From positions 11,737,609 through 11,801,608 of the forward strand of contig CM119266.1 of the NCBI GenBank assembly GCA_051294375.1: a DNA stretch of 64,000 bases, in the 5' to 3' direction. Below the pieces are notes generated by a model. That model saw nothing but the letters and a program-made list of their open reading frames with translations, had not been told where the DNA came from and searched no databases. The DNA is from Paraspadella gotoi (lineage: Eukaryota > Animalia > Chaetognatha). Below are positions 29,701 through 40,543 of the stretch, piece by piece (the stretch's first letter is position 1; each line of letters starts with the position of its first letter). The position numbers and the translations under genes are program-made.

Positions 29701-32700
29701 GACAAGCAGGTCTCATTTTCTTTAAATAATTGTTTTGTTTCAGCGTTACTTTTTTCAATATTTCCGTGTCAGATTCCTGGTGGTGAGTGGGCTTAAAATA
29801 TGGCCCAAGCTCTTCCTCCGATATCTTGGGAGGGAGGAAAGAAATTAAGACCATTGAGATTTAGGTAAACATTCATGCTAAAAGAATCCCAAGCTTTACC
29901 TCAAGACCAAAGATGACGCAAACCAAGGGCATGTGCTTGACCAAAGGAGCGGAGTGCTTCGCAAAAGCAGTGAGCTTGCCGTGAATAACCTTTGGCAGCT
30001 CACGGTCATTGATGCGTAGAGCCATTCGTAAAACCACTGAATTAATGAGTACTGAATGCTGAAATATGTTTAATTGTTCATAATACCCAAATCTTATTAA
30101 AACTATTTTTCAAAGTCCTTTTCACTGGTGTTTAAAAGTTATTTTATACTGACATCTTATCCCCGCGAAAGCGGTTTCCACGTGACTGACTTTGCATTGA
30201 ACCATTGTACGACCGATAAGGTTGTTACTTGCTTTTATTCTAAAAATCACAAGAAAACAAATATCATTGTAAGTTAATTGAAATTATCATAAATATAATT
30301 CTAAGCCTAATTGTCTAATAACTTTTAAACTCATTTTTGAATCCTTGAAATTGAATTTGAAAAAAAATTATGTAGCAGAGTAATTTGTGGTTCATTTCAA
30401 ATATGATTGAACTCTTCAATCTCATTTACATATTGTAGCAGTTTAGATGATTTCTCATATCTTTTGATAGGGTATCTATAAAAATCTTATTTTAGTATTT
30501 TTGCAATGCTTTTAATAGGGTCTAATAATAATTTAATTTTCCAATTATTATTTAGATATTTCCTTGTAATTTTGTAGCTTTACAATAAGAAGTGTTTTAC
30601 TTATTTTGAGAGACTGTCTGATGTTTGAAAGAATATTGGGCGAAATGCTCTTCGATGCCCCCTTGCCGTCTGACGGAGCAGCGAATCTCTCTCGCTCTCT
30701 CTCTTTCTGGCTAGATGACTCAGAGTCAGGATCGGGATCGACAAAAACGATGATAATTTTAACGATGTATTATTAATTGTTTAGGGTTTCTGTTAGGGAT
30801 AAGGTTAGTTTAGGGGATAGAGATTAGGGTTAGGGATGAGGGTTAGGGATTAAGGTTAGGTATTAGGGATGTTTTTCCCTATGCTACTTTTATAACAAAA
30901 AAATTCTGGCTTGCTGGGTGACTCGTCGGTCAGGATTGAGATCGACAGAAACGACGACGATAATTTGAACGATGTAGGAAGCAGTTGCGATGGTGAGAGC
31001 GACGACGAAAGGAGTGACGCATGAAGCTACGATGGAAGCAGCAAAAGAGACAAGTTTCGTTCGTGTGTTTGAGTCCGCTGCTTCAGGAGCCGCAGCAAGG
31101 GGGCATCGATGGAAATTTAGGATTTTGTTCAGACTTTGTTCAGACACAATTTTTTTTCTTCATTATTTATCACATTTGACGCCAAGATAATTCCTTCTTC
31201 CTCGTTCGCTAAAATGGAAAACAACGACATAAAGAAAAACGGGCCGACCAACATTACGAAAACTCTGAAAAAAAATCCTTGCTTACAATGCTTCAAAAGA
31301 TTCGGCACCCCGAAAGACCTGCGACGGCATCAGGTCATCCACACTGGCCAGAGGCCTTACCCGATACAAGCATTACAAAGCCGATTTTACACAAAACGGC
31401 AATATGCTACGCCATGTGAAGGCCAAGCACCCAAAGGAGTATTCAGAGATTCGAAAAAACAAATCTGCAATCAGCAATAAAGAAAACCTCACAAAAAAGA
31501 CTTACCGTCAGCTTCAGCCCACGTCCTGTCAAGTTTGCCATATATTTATGGACGATCCACAAAAACCCAAGGAACATGCATGCGGCATGCGGCATGCATT
31601 GCATGCCCTACAACCGTCTATTACCAATTAAAATAGATTCAGCAACACTAATTTATTTATAAGGAAGCCATTTTTCCTTGTGACGAATGCCACTTGAACT
31701 TTAACAGTCAATGTTACATAATACAGCACGACTGCGCCAAGCGACAATCACAGATGGCTCAAGAGAAGTTGATTTATCAGCCTCCCGCTCCAAAGTCAAT
31801 GAAACTTTGCCCAAAGATGATGGCCGGATCGACTTTCACTTCACCTGCGACAGCGTTTGCGCAGACTGAATCGTCCAGCACTTACACTCTAAACAAGACC
31901 TCCGAAGACGCAAACCTCTTATCTATCTATCTATATATCTATCTATCTAATCTATCTTAATCAAGAACACGAGATGAAACCGCCGGCGGATCTTAACGAT
32001 TTCGGCAAAACCGTGATGGAGGACCCGAGTATTTTGTGTGGCGAACCAGCGAGCTTTGAAAATCCAGTTCCTTCGCAGAACTTCTACGCTCCAATGTCGA
32101 CGTCTGTTGCCGCTTCCTTCCAGCAACACCAGGTTCCGTCTTCAAATCAGTTTACTTTCAATCATCATACTATCACGGTGTCAATGCACTTCGCCGGACA
32201 AGATTTCGCCACGGCACCTTGTCACTCGTCGTGGCAAACCGTGGCGACGCCCTCCCCCGTCTTTAGCGACCTATCAAGCATGACCCCTTCGCCAGGTTCA
32301 GAGGCGCTGAAATCTTCGGACGCCATTTATCAGTCGGTTGACTTTGCCATCGCCAGCTTCCCTACGTTGAACCAGGACCCGTGGATCGTTATCAAACTCG
32401 GGGAAAATGTACAAACGCAAAATTGAAATTACGAGAATTCTGTTGTTTTTCTTCCTCTAAATATCGTTATAATTCGTTATATTTATATTTGATTAAATTC
32501 TATACAGTTTTTATTGTACATATATATTTTTTTGTTTAAAAAAAATATATATATTTAGGGTGGTGTATCTCGTGTAAAATTTTGATAATAAGTTATTCAA
32601 TAAAGCAATTAATAATAATATGACCCTCATTGTTTCACTCTTCCAGTTAAGCTTATTAGTCATTAATTCATAACCATTATTAAGTATAAAAGCAGAGAAT

Positions 32701-35700
32701 TACAGAGTCATCGGCATTCATTCATTCCTAGGACTCACTTGAGTGCATCACACAACGCCGTCTTTCCCATCCCACCTTCCCCCTCGATCAGAATGGCGTG
32801 CGGCGTTTCTCTGTTATAAAGAAATTTCCACCAAAGTTATTTATGGGCGCAAAACAAACTGGCTGCAGTGGAACAGGATCCTCAGGGCTTGCTTTGAATC
32901 AAAAGCAGGATAGTGGGATGATAAAAATGTCTGATTTAGCCTACTGTATAACCGAATGACTAAAGTGGAGTCAAGCGATACAATTCAAATTTTTTCGCCT
33001 CACCGGTACAGTCTGTTTTGCTCCCAGTAGACCCTGTGTCTCATTCGAGCCTCACGAGCGACTCGGTGCTTCTTCTCATCCTCCAACGACATAATGAGTT
33101 GTTCGATGACAAAGTCGAAGGTTAACAGGATGTCGTCGCGGGCGTACAGCTTCAACGACTCAGTCTCAACTTCCTCAACCTCCATATCCGCAAAGGGGTT
33201 TCGCGCACCCCTAAAAAAAAAATATATACAATGGAGGTTAAGCGTTGTCATTGTTTTAATCTTTTTTTTATTCTTTTGAATATTTTGAAACCCTCCTAGT
33301 AGGTGATTTTTCGTCATCTTCCTTATTAACAAAAACGACATCGTTAATGGCAACAACAACAATAGAAACTGATAGTCTCTGATAGTCTATTCCTAGTATG
33401 CAAAGGGGACAAAAGTTGAAAAACTTCATGTAAATATGGCTAGAAAATTATTTGCTCGCCTGTAATGATAAACGGCTCCAACGTTATCCAATCCCTTCAA
33501 AACTTTTTTCTCTGCCAATTTAAAGTCTCCCACTGGGAGCTAGAAGAGAGAAAAAAAGAAACGTAATACCTAATTCTGATATTTGAATTATATTTATACA
33601 CGGATTTCCAATGGGAGTGAAATGAAAAGAGTTGTTATAACTCTTAACTGACTGAATGTGATTAATATTTGTTCTTTTTATTAGTTAGAAAATTTATTAA
33701 TGTTTATATTTTTATATAGCAAATTGATAATACTTTGCATCATAATAACTGGTGCACTTGCCTTCCAGCAGTTTTTTTTATTACATTTATCCCTTCTTAT
33801 CTGATAGTTCTATTTTAAACTCATTTAAAAAAAATTAAGCCAAATATTTAAAATTTTGTATATTTATTAGTTAGTTTTGGGAACATGAAAATTTTTTTTT
33901 ATCATGAAGTAACAGTAATTATTGTTATGAGTTAGTGACAGAACCGTTCAATATAAGCAGTCCCTGAGCTTTGGCTCAGGCTGTAACACTATGTTACAAG
34001 CGGGTTAAGTGTCCCGTCCCTCTTAACTGCTTGGTGACCACCGGGCTAAAACCCCGGACCTTTGGGTTGGGAGGCGAATGACTTGCATCCGGTACCAATG
34101 GCTACTGATAAACGGTTGGTAGATTTTAGTCTACTATAATTAATATATTTCAAGAATTATTGAAGGAACAGGCGCTTGCCAGATCATTGTTCTTTTTTAA
34201 TTTTTTTTTATTATCAAATTTTTATTTTTTATAAGTTTTAACGAGAAAAACTATAAATTAAAAATAGCTATTATTGTAGTTATGAAAAAGCTTTTGATAT
34301 TCTGATTGCTCAGGCACATACTCCAAAATCTGTAAGATAAACCAAAATATTTAAATATCTTATTTTTTTTTATAAAAATATATCTTATAATAGGAAGGTC
34401 CTTTTCAAATTCAAAAAATTTCATTTTTTGAAATTCGACCATGACATTGATGAGCACATAACTAAAAAAGTATACAAGCTGGACTACTGGGAATTAAAAA
34501 TTTAAAAGTTTTAGCGATTTTTTTTTACCAAAGTGCAAAATCTTAAGTTGCTTTAACAAATTATTTAGCCACAGTATTTGATATTTTCATTTCACTCCCA
34601 TTTGAAATCCGTGTAAATAACATAAGTTCATAACTCACCTGAGAATTTCGGTAGATGTCAGTATCACAAGTAACTTCGCCGGGGTAATTCTGCATGAAGC
34701 GGCAGGCCATGTTTACGCAGCGTCCAAGGACAGAATACTCGTGGCGCTCTTGATGGCCGATTACGCCGCAGAATGCTTGACCAGAGGCGACGCCAATGGC
34801 GCTATCCTCTATCAATGGCTCATCACGAATATCCTGTGAGCGGTAAGGGAAGCTTTGAATTTGGGCTGAGTAACAGTCGAACAAAGACAAAGAATCTTAG
34901 TTTTAGGAAACTTCTCAATCATCAAATAATCAAATCATCTAATAATAAAACTCCACTTTGATTTCATATAGAAATCCCTGTCTACTTACTTAAATGATAT
35001 CATCAAAGATATTAAAATGACATTAACTTTCAATTTTTTAGAATTGTAAGTCATTATTTAAACTTACTCACCATTATCGCCTCGTAGGAACAAGTGAGGA
35101 TGTTCCTGGCTTCATGCTCCTGCTTCATCCCTGGAAATCCGAGAATTATCAAAAACTCGAGGCCTTTGTCGAAAGTAATGATCTTGTGGATGTTGGCCTT
35201 AAAAGAGTCGAAGGCGTTGAAGAGGATGACAAAGGTCAGTTGAAGGATGTGGAGGAGATTCTCGGGAGATTCCGCGGCGAAGCTGCTCTCCACATGAACA
35301 AAGGCTGTAAATAGGGGCATGAAGAGTCGGAGACTGCAGTGTAGAAAGATCCCCTATGAACTCTTACTTGCGCGCGAATTTTTTATTATGAATTTGGTAC
35401 AACCAACCTAAAAGTTTTCCATTCATTGAATAAATTAGCTACCCTGCCTCTGACATTGAACAGGCTATGTATCTGTTCTCTTTCCCACGCTATTTAGTGA
35501 TGAGAAACTTACCAGCGGATATGACCCTCATTTCGGATAAAAAATCGAGAGATTGATTGTTGTCCAACTTTTTCAGGACGGGCGGTGGAACAAATGCCCT
35601 TTTAGAGATGGTCATTATGGGGTGGATTGTAATTAGAATATTGAGAATAACTTTGAATTATATGTGATTTTATTACTTTTTCTCTCATCTGAATATTACC

Positions 35701-36848
35701 TGAATGATCTTAAGAGGCGGGAGTCTTGGGATTCGTCTTGAAAGTTCCTTACTTTCATAGTCATCGGGTGATTTAGGGAATAGACGATTTTTCGTCCGTA
35801 AGCTCGGCCTTCTTCTGTGAGACCTTTTATCCGGACATAGCCACCCTTGAAGCAAATAGAGTCAATTACTCTCGACACCTTCGCAAGGCTTCATCAAATA
35901 AAATCAAATTTTACGTCCAGGTAGTCACAAAGGTAAAAGTTTTGGGAGACGTTGGACCAAGTGGCAGGAGTCAACACAGTCCAACTTTGCGAACAGAGTG
36001 CCTCGGCTGAATTGGCCTCCTCAATCGCTTGGCCAAAGCAACAAAAATATTTGCATCGCGAGTTTCCTGCATCAGTGGATATGTGGAAACGTAGAGATGA
36101 TAAATACGCGTAAATAAGCTACATCGTTGATGTAGCTTATTTACTATGTACCACCATTAAAGGCTAATTTCTCACACTAATTTCTGTGCGTAACACGTAA
36201 ATATCCCAAATATCCCAAGTGTACTGACCCAGATATCCAATGTAATATTGTCCCCAAGCGATGCCCGTCTTGAATCGCAGCATTGTGCGCACAGACGTTT
36301 CGTGATTCCCGTGCACCATCTGCAGATTGAGGATGGCGATTATGACGGGATCGAGGTTTTCCTTGTTTATCGCCATATCGCTCGTATCTGTGGAACGAGA
36401 TAAAACTCATATTAATAAAAAAAACTATGACGGCAAAAGGAAATGACAAAGAAAACATAAGGCATTCTAAAAGAAAATATATTTGAGAGCGCCCTCACCC
36501 GGGAATTCCCAAACGGCAAGAACGGCATCACCCGCGAAGTTGAGGATGTCGCCGGAGAGAGCCATGATCGTCTGGCAAATGACCGTCAAGTAGGACCCGA
36601 TGTCTTTGTGGAGTGTCTCCGCGGCCACTGTAGGTTTTAAATGTGAAAAAAAAATTCATTATTATAGTTATTAATATGTTCTTGTAGGAGTTTTTTACCT
36701 TTTGGATCGACTTTTCCAGACAGGGTTTGACTCAAAGCAGTGAAACCGGAAATGTCACAAAAGACAACGATGCCGTTAAATTCTTTGTAAGCTTCCGGTT
36801 TCAATTGATACTGTCGAGAACGATGAAAAAAATGAAAAGAAAGTGAGA

Positions 36849-36918
<70 letters not shown>

Positions 36919-37302
36919 GTGACTGAGTGAATGAGCGATAGACAAAACAAAAAGAAAGATTCCGCCTTCGACCTTGTACAGCAGGTTGGGCACAAGCGGA
37001 CCGATCTGCCCTGCATCTAAAGCTTTGATCTTCGTGTTGGTGACGACGTCTTCGTCAAAGACGAGAAACTCTGTCCCGGGCAGCCCCTCGCCGAACGAGC
37101 CCGCTGAGGACCTTCGATGCGTCGATTGGGACTCGAGGAAACTCGAGCGATCCAAGTTCCGCTGTTCGAAAGGGTGTGAGGTGTGAGACTTGAAACTTTT
37201 TCGAGGGGCTCTCACTCTACTCTGTCCTAATCCACCACCTTTCCACGGAAATGTCTCACGAACCTCTCACATCCATCCCTCACACTCACTAAGGCGGAAC
37301 AT
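17220..37302 (-). CDS. ADCY10: Soluble adenylyl cyclase (ADCY10/sAC-like): tandem class III cyclase domains, STAND P-loop NTPase and helical/TPR-like tail; about 35 exons
   Basis: C1: FNGIVVFCDISGFTALS (36810-36699), GDILNFAGDAVLAVW (~36627-36499), LRFKTGIAWG, FGQAIEEANSAE. C2: FLSEMR, NIHKIITFDKG...GFPG, IGVASGQAFCGVIGHQERHEYSVLGRCVNMACRFM (34833-34639), LKGLDNVGAVY. Walker A ILIEGEGGMGKT (32810-32739), Walker B IFIIDDAQYLDSASW (~29400), then TDGNPLL and EQLIIKSAAVLG. The putative last exon 17436-17220 contains WRQYPLPLP. The start exon (37302-37290) is tentative. Confidence 0.92.
18880..19110 (-). mobile_element. tRNA-derived structured short element, family A, copy 1
   Basis: A ~230 bp sequence shared with 22273-22503 and 33905-34135. 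On the minus strand it has a tRNA-like head (acceptor stem GCGGCCA/TGGTCGT, T-arm CCGGG-GTTCTAG-CCCGG), preceded by the hairpin GGTGGACTAAAATCCACC. Confidence 0.8.
20070..20594 (+). mobile_element. Helentron-associated non-autonomous element (HINE/DINE-1-like), copy 1
   Basis: 5' T-run plus a CGGATCTGC stem-loop, then ctctataat and a (GTCC/GTCT)n tract, an 18-bp minisatellite aaattatgccagttgacc, and a 3' end CTTGTT. Homologous to 21131-21962 and 45041-45668. Confidence 0.7.
21131..21962 (-). mobile_element. HINE/DINE-1-like element, copy 2
   Basis: Subterminal inverted repeats GTCGGATCTGC (21151) and GCAGATCCGAC (~21946), a (GGAC)n microsatellite, ends aacaag...actaaaaa, and an internal ~100 bp tandem duplication (21460-21740). 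Confidence 0.75.
22273..22503 (-). mobile_element. tRNA-derived structured short element, family A, copy 2
   Basis: Homologous to 18880-19110; same orientation. Confidence 0.8.
23708..25427 (-). mobile_element. Internally deleted Ty3/Gypsy LTR retrotransposon with both LTRs, PBS, PPT and a 4-bp TSD
   Basis: LTRs 25192-25427 and 23708-23966 (termini TG...TA). TSD ATAT at 23704-23707 and 25428-25431. PBS TGGTGAGCCCAAC (25191-25179) abuts the 5' LTR; PPT GGCGGGGGATG precedes the 3' LTR. Pol relics: HYKTGHLDADC (RNase H end) and KTRISRPPRRL (integrase C-terminus). Confidence 0.88.
26771..26820 (+). pseudogene. 3' half of tRNA-Lys(CTT) with genomically encoded CCA (extended retroelement PBS on the - strand)
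   Basis: caggactCTTaatcccggggtcgtgggttcaagccccacattgggcgCCA. The 5' half of the tRNA is absent. The reverse complement begins TGGCGCCCAATGTGGGGC, close to the classic Lys PBS. Confidence 0.85.
26824..27091 (-). mobile_element. Probable solo or 5' LTR attached to the tRNA-Lys PBS
   Basis: Minus-strand termini TGAAAT...ATTTCA, then a 3-nt spacer (GGG), then TGGCGCCC. No second copy in the window. Confidence 0.55.
30781..30872 (+). repeat. Degenerate interstitial (TTAGGG)n-like tract
   Basis: Several ttaggg units and variants, flanked by a ~45 bp direct repeat (gtcaggat...aacgatgta at ~30726 and ~30929). Confidence 0.7.
31214..32426 (+). pseudogene. C2H2 zinc-finger gene or pseudogene nested antisense in an sAC intron
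   Basis: Finger 1 is CLQCFKRFGTPKDLRRHQVIH followed by a TGQRPY linker. After a frameshift, finger 2 reads YKHYKADFTQNGNMLRHVKAKH (both Cys replaced by Tyr). Later come CQVC and CDECHLNFNSQCYIIQHDC, an S/P/T-rich tail, and AATAAA at ~32599. Confidence 0.7.
33905..34135 (-). mobile_element. tRNA-derived structured short element, family A, copy 3 (more diverged)
   Basis: Homologous to 18880-19110; same orientation. Confidence 0.8.
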
Positions 37303-37604
37303 GGTAGAAATTTTAAGATTTTACGTAGTATAGTTAATAACGTAGAAGAATTTAAAGTTTATCGTATTACTATAAATCATAAAAATTATGTTATGATGAT
37401 GATGACTTTTAATGGTTTTCCCTTTATACGTTTTATGGGCTATCTGAATCCATTCTTAAAAAATAAAATCTATAAAAAAAAATTTTTTATTGTCTAAACA
37501 TTTATAAATATTCAATTGCTTCAACATTATTCTGTGCTTCACTAGTTAAAAAAAGGTGATGCTATATATTGATTTGAGTATATGATGGACAAATGAATTT
37601 TGTA

Positions 37605-39745
37605 TCACAGAACTCCTAATGATAATGATAATGAAACGCTCACCCGTCCCACCGCCATACGTCGTAACTGGCCACGAGGGGGCATTTTCGCCGCCGCGTC
37701 CTCCAACGCTTGATTCTGTTCGTGCAGCAACTTGATGGCTTTGTCGATGGCGTCCTCGTCTTCGATGTTCTCGAAAGTGACTGCTTCGTCGTTCCTGTTC
37801 GCGCCGTGGGCGTCGCCGCTGCTCTTCCCGACCAAACTAATCAGTTCCGAGAGGTTTCTGCGAACTTCGTTCCATCGGATTCTCAAACGCGAAGAAAACA
37901 AAAGTTTTTTTGTTGTTGTCGTTTTTTTAAAAGCTTCAAGGGATTTTAAACGTCCACTAATTCGGAAAGCTCCCAATTGCTCCCTCCCAGCTCTTCCTAT
38001 TCATATTTCTTCTTCCTCTTCCTCTTATCTCCGATGTCTCTTCTCTCATCTTACATCTACCATCGAATATATATCTCTTATGTCCCTTCTTTCATCTGCC
38101 ATCTCACATCCGTCAACTCTCACTCTCGATTCTCGTCTCTCATCCCTGACCTCCCTTATCATATCGCTATCTCCCATCCAACAACTCCCATTCTCTCTTT
38201 CCATCTCTCATCTCTAACCTCCATCTCCCACCTGTTACCTCTCACTATCAATTCCCATCTCTCATCTCTAACCTCCCCTATCCCATCTCCTGCCTCCCAC
38301 CTGTCACCTCTCACATTCAGTTTCCATCTCTCATCTCCCATATCCTCCCATATCCTATCTCCATCTCTCACCTCTCACTCTCAGTTCCCATCTCTCAACT
38401 ATAACCTCCCTATAACCCCTATCTCCCGTGTCCCACCTGTGACCTCTCACTTTCGGTTCTCGTCTCTAACCTTCCCTATCCCATCTCCCGTCTTCCACTC
38501 GTCACTTTTAACTCTCAGTTCCCATTTCTCATCTCTAACCTCCCATCTCCTATTTATAATCTCCCATCTCACTTTCTCGACTCATTGCGATTAAATTCCC
38601 CGATTCCATCGACTCTCTTTTCCAGATCCGCGATCTTCTCCGAAATCCACTTGCGTCGGGACACCAACGCGTCGGCGGCGTCGGCCGCTGCGGCTACTGC
38701 GGCGTCGGCGGCGTTCTCCGAGGTCTCTCCGCCGCAGGAGAATCCTGGTCCCCAGCTCATCGCCTCTCCGGCCGGACGACGACGAGAATGGCGCCGAGAT
38801 CTTCTTGAATTGAAGGGAGAGGGGATGTTGAAAAAGAAAAAAGTTTATGTTTATATTTAAATATTATTGTTTATGTTTGTATTCAACAGTATCATAATTT
38901 GATACGAATAAAAAACCTAATTAATTATGTCCAATTCAGCTTCATTTTAATTTTTTTTTTAAATGCAATAAAATAAGAATTGCTTTCAGTCCAGCTGTGG
39001 TCATCCTGGCTAAAACCCCCTTTCCTTTATTTCCCCACTACCCAACTCCCCTCTTTCTCAAAACCTTTTCTTCCTGCTCCTTTTCGGCCCCGCATCGGCC
39101 GATTTGCTCGTTCCCGGCAGCCTGTGCAGTCGCTGCGTCTCCCGCTCCATCTGCCTCCGCTCCAGCCGCTCCTGCTGACGCTGCTGCCGTCTCCTTTCCA
39201 AAGTCGCGTTCAATTCCTTCAACTCTGTAGAGAGTTCGTCGGAAGGCGGCGTCGGCAACGGACGAGTCGTTCTTATTTTTGACGGGTATAGAAAAAGATT
39301 GTTTGAGAAGTAAAATAATTTTGTTATTGATCTAGGCAATGGTGAATGGCAATGGTGAAGGCAATAAAAGAAAAAGCTTGGATACCATTGTATACCGCCT
39401 TTAAGTAAGAGTTTACATTGTCTTTTTTCTTTTCTTTTCTTTTTGAATTTGAATCAACTATGTATACATTATGTAAATTGAGAGGCAATCATCGTGCAAG
39501 AGCACACTCTGGCTTTTTTCGTATTTATCGTCGTTTTCCTAGATGTCGTCGTAAGTAGTCGATGATGTGGTCTTCTTTGTCTTCGTCGTCGGAGACCAAA
39601 TGTTGTCTAGGTCGTCGTCGTCGTTATCGTCATCCAATTCGTAGTCTCACTTCCATTCCTGCGGCGCATCAACTTTTCGGCAGAGTTCGTTCCAATATTC
39701 GAACCCGTCTTTGTCTTTCGCCAGAGACGATCCCGCGCTTTCCAT
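37605..39745 (-). CDS. Uncharacterised multi-exon coiled-coil protein directly upstream of sAC
   Basis: GC-rich exon-like blocks with GT donors at ~39745-39651, 39606-39462, 39270-39066, 38804-38572 and 37880-37643. Charged helical segments include ELKELNATLERRRQQRQQERLERRQME, ISEKIADLEKRV and AIKLLHEQNQALE. Block 2 needs one frameshift. Confidence 0.4.
38000..38570. repeat. Degenerate pyrimidine-rich minisatellite
   Basis: Recurrent ccatctctcatctctaacctccc and cccacctgt..cctctcac units. Confidence 0.7.
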
Positions 39746-39844
39746 TGTTTCCCTTTGCGTATTAATTATATTTTATTGAGATTACGTACTTTATAACAAA
39801 TTAACTGAATATATTTACATGACGTATTCAAATTTCAATTTTAC

Positions 39845-39998
39845 TATTAGAGAAAGCAGAGTGTTTTGGAATTTGTACAACGATTTTTATTTCTATTTCA
39901 TCAGCTGATGAAGGCTTGAAATAGCCAGCCGAAACATGTCCGTCTCTTAAAAATAAAAATCGTTGTACAAATTCCAAAACACTTTGCTTTCTCTAATA
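39845..39998 (+). ncRNA. Minimal hammerhead ribozyme core (Penelope-like pLTR type) inside a 48-bp inverted repeat
   Basis: Arms 39845-39892 and 39951-39998 have one mismatch. The loop holds CTGATGA (39905), A, stem II GGCT/AGCC, GAAAC (39931), AT, GTC (39940). The upstream strand of stem I appears lost. Confidence 0.7.
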
Positions 39999-40543
39999 AT
40001 AAATAACTACGAAAAAGAAAGGATTATCGCATCAATTTTACTATTTAACGTTTTACCTAAATGGTAGATCGCTTGAAGCTTTAAGTTAATTTGATTTTTA
40101 AGTTTTTGATATTAAATTCAAGACATAAATTTTTAAAAGGTGAATATTCGTCGTTTTACAAATTGATACTAAAAACGAATTTTAAAGCAATTTTATCGAA
40201 CGCTTAATGCGTGGATTTTCCTCTTCATTTCTGTTTGATAGTGTGTTGTTGTAATTGCTTTATTCGGAACATTTTTTTTAATGGTTTATAGCATCCATAA
40301 GAATCACGTTGTCTTTACTAAAGATCGAAAATTAAAAACTAACCACCTTATTTTCTAAAAAAAAAGTATAATTATTCACGAGCGCTAAGCGTCTGATTTC
40401 ATAAAGTTCCATTGGAGACGGTAGAATTTGAATAAATGAATAAAGAAGCCACTTAAATTCAATTTCCATTTCCCTCGTTTAAAAGATGACTTATTCCACA
40501 AGTTGAATCTTAGACAAAAAAAACATTCAGACGTTCTAAGAAA

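Noticed and set aside
30781-30872. True telomere or chromosome fusion point
   Set aside because: Short, degenerate, single orientation, and inside an intron of a continuous gene.
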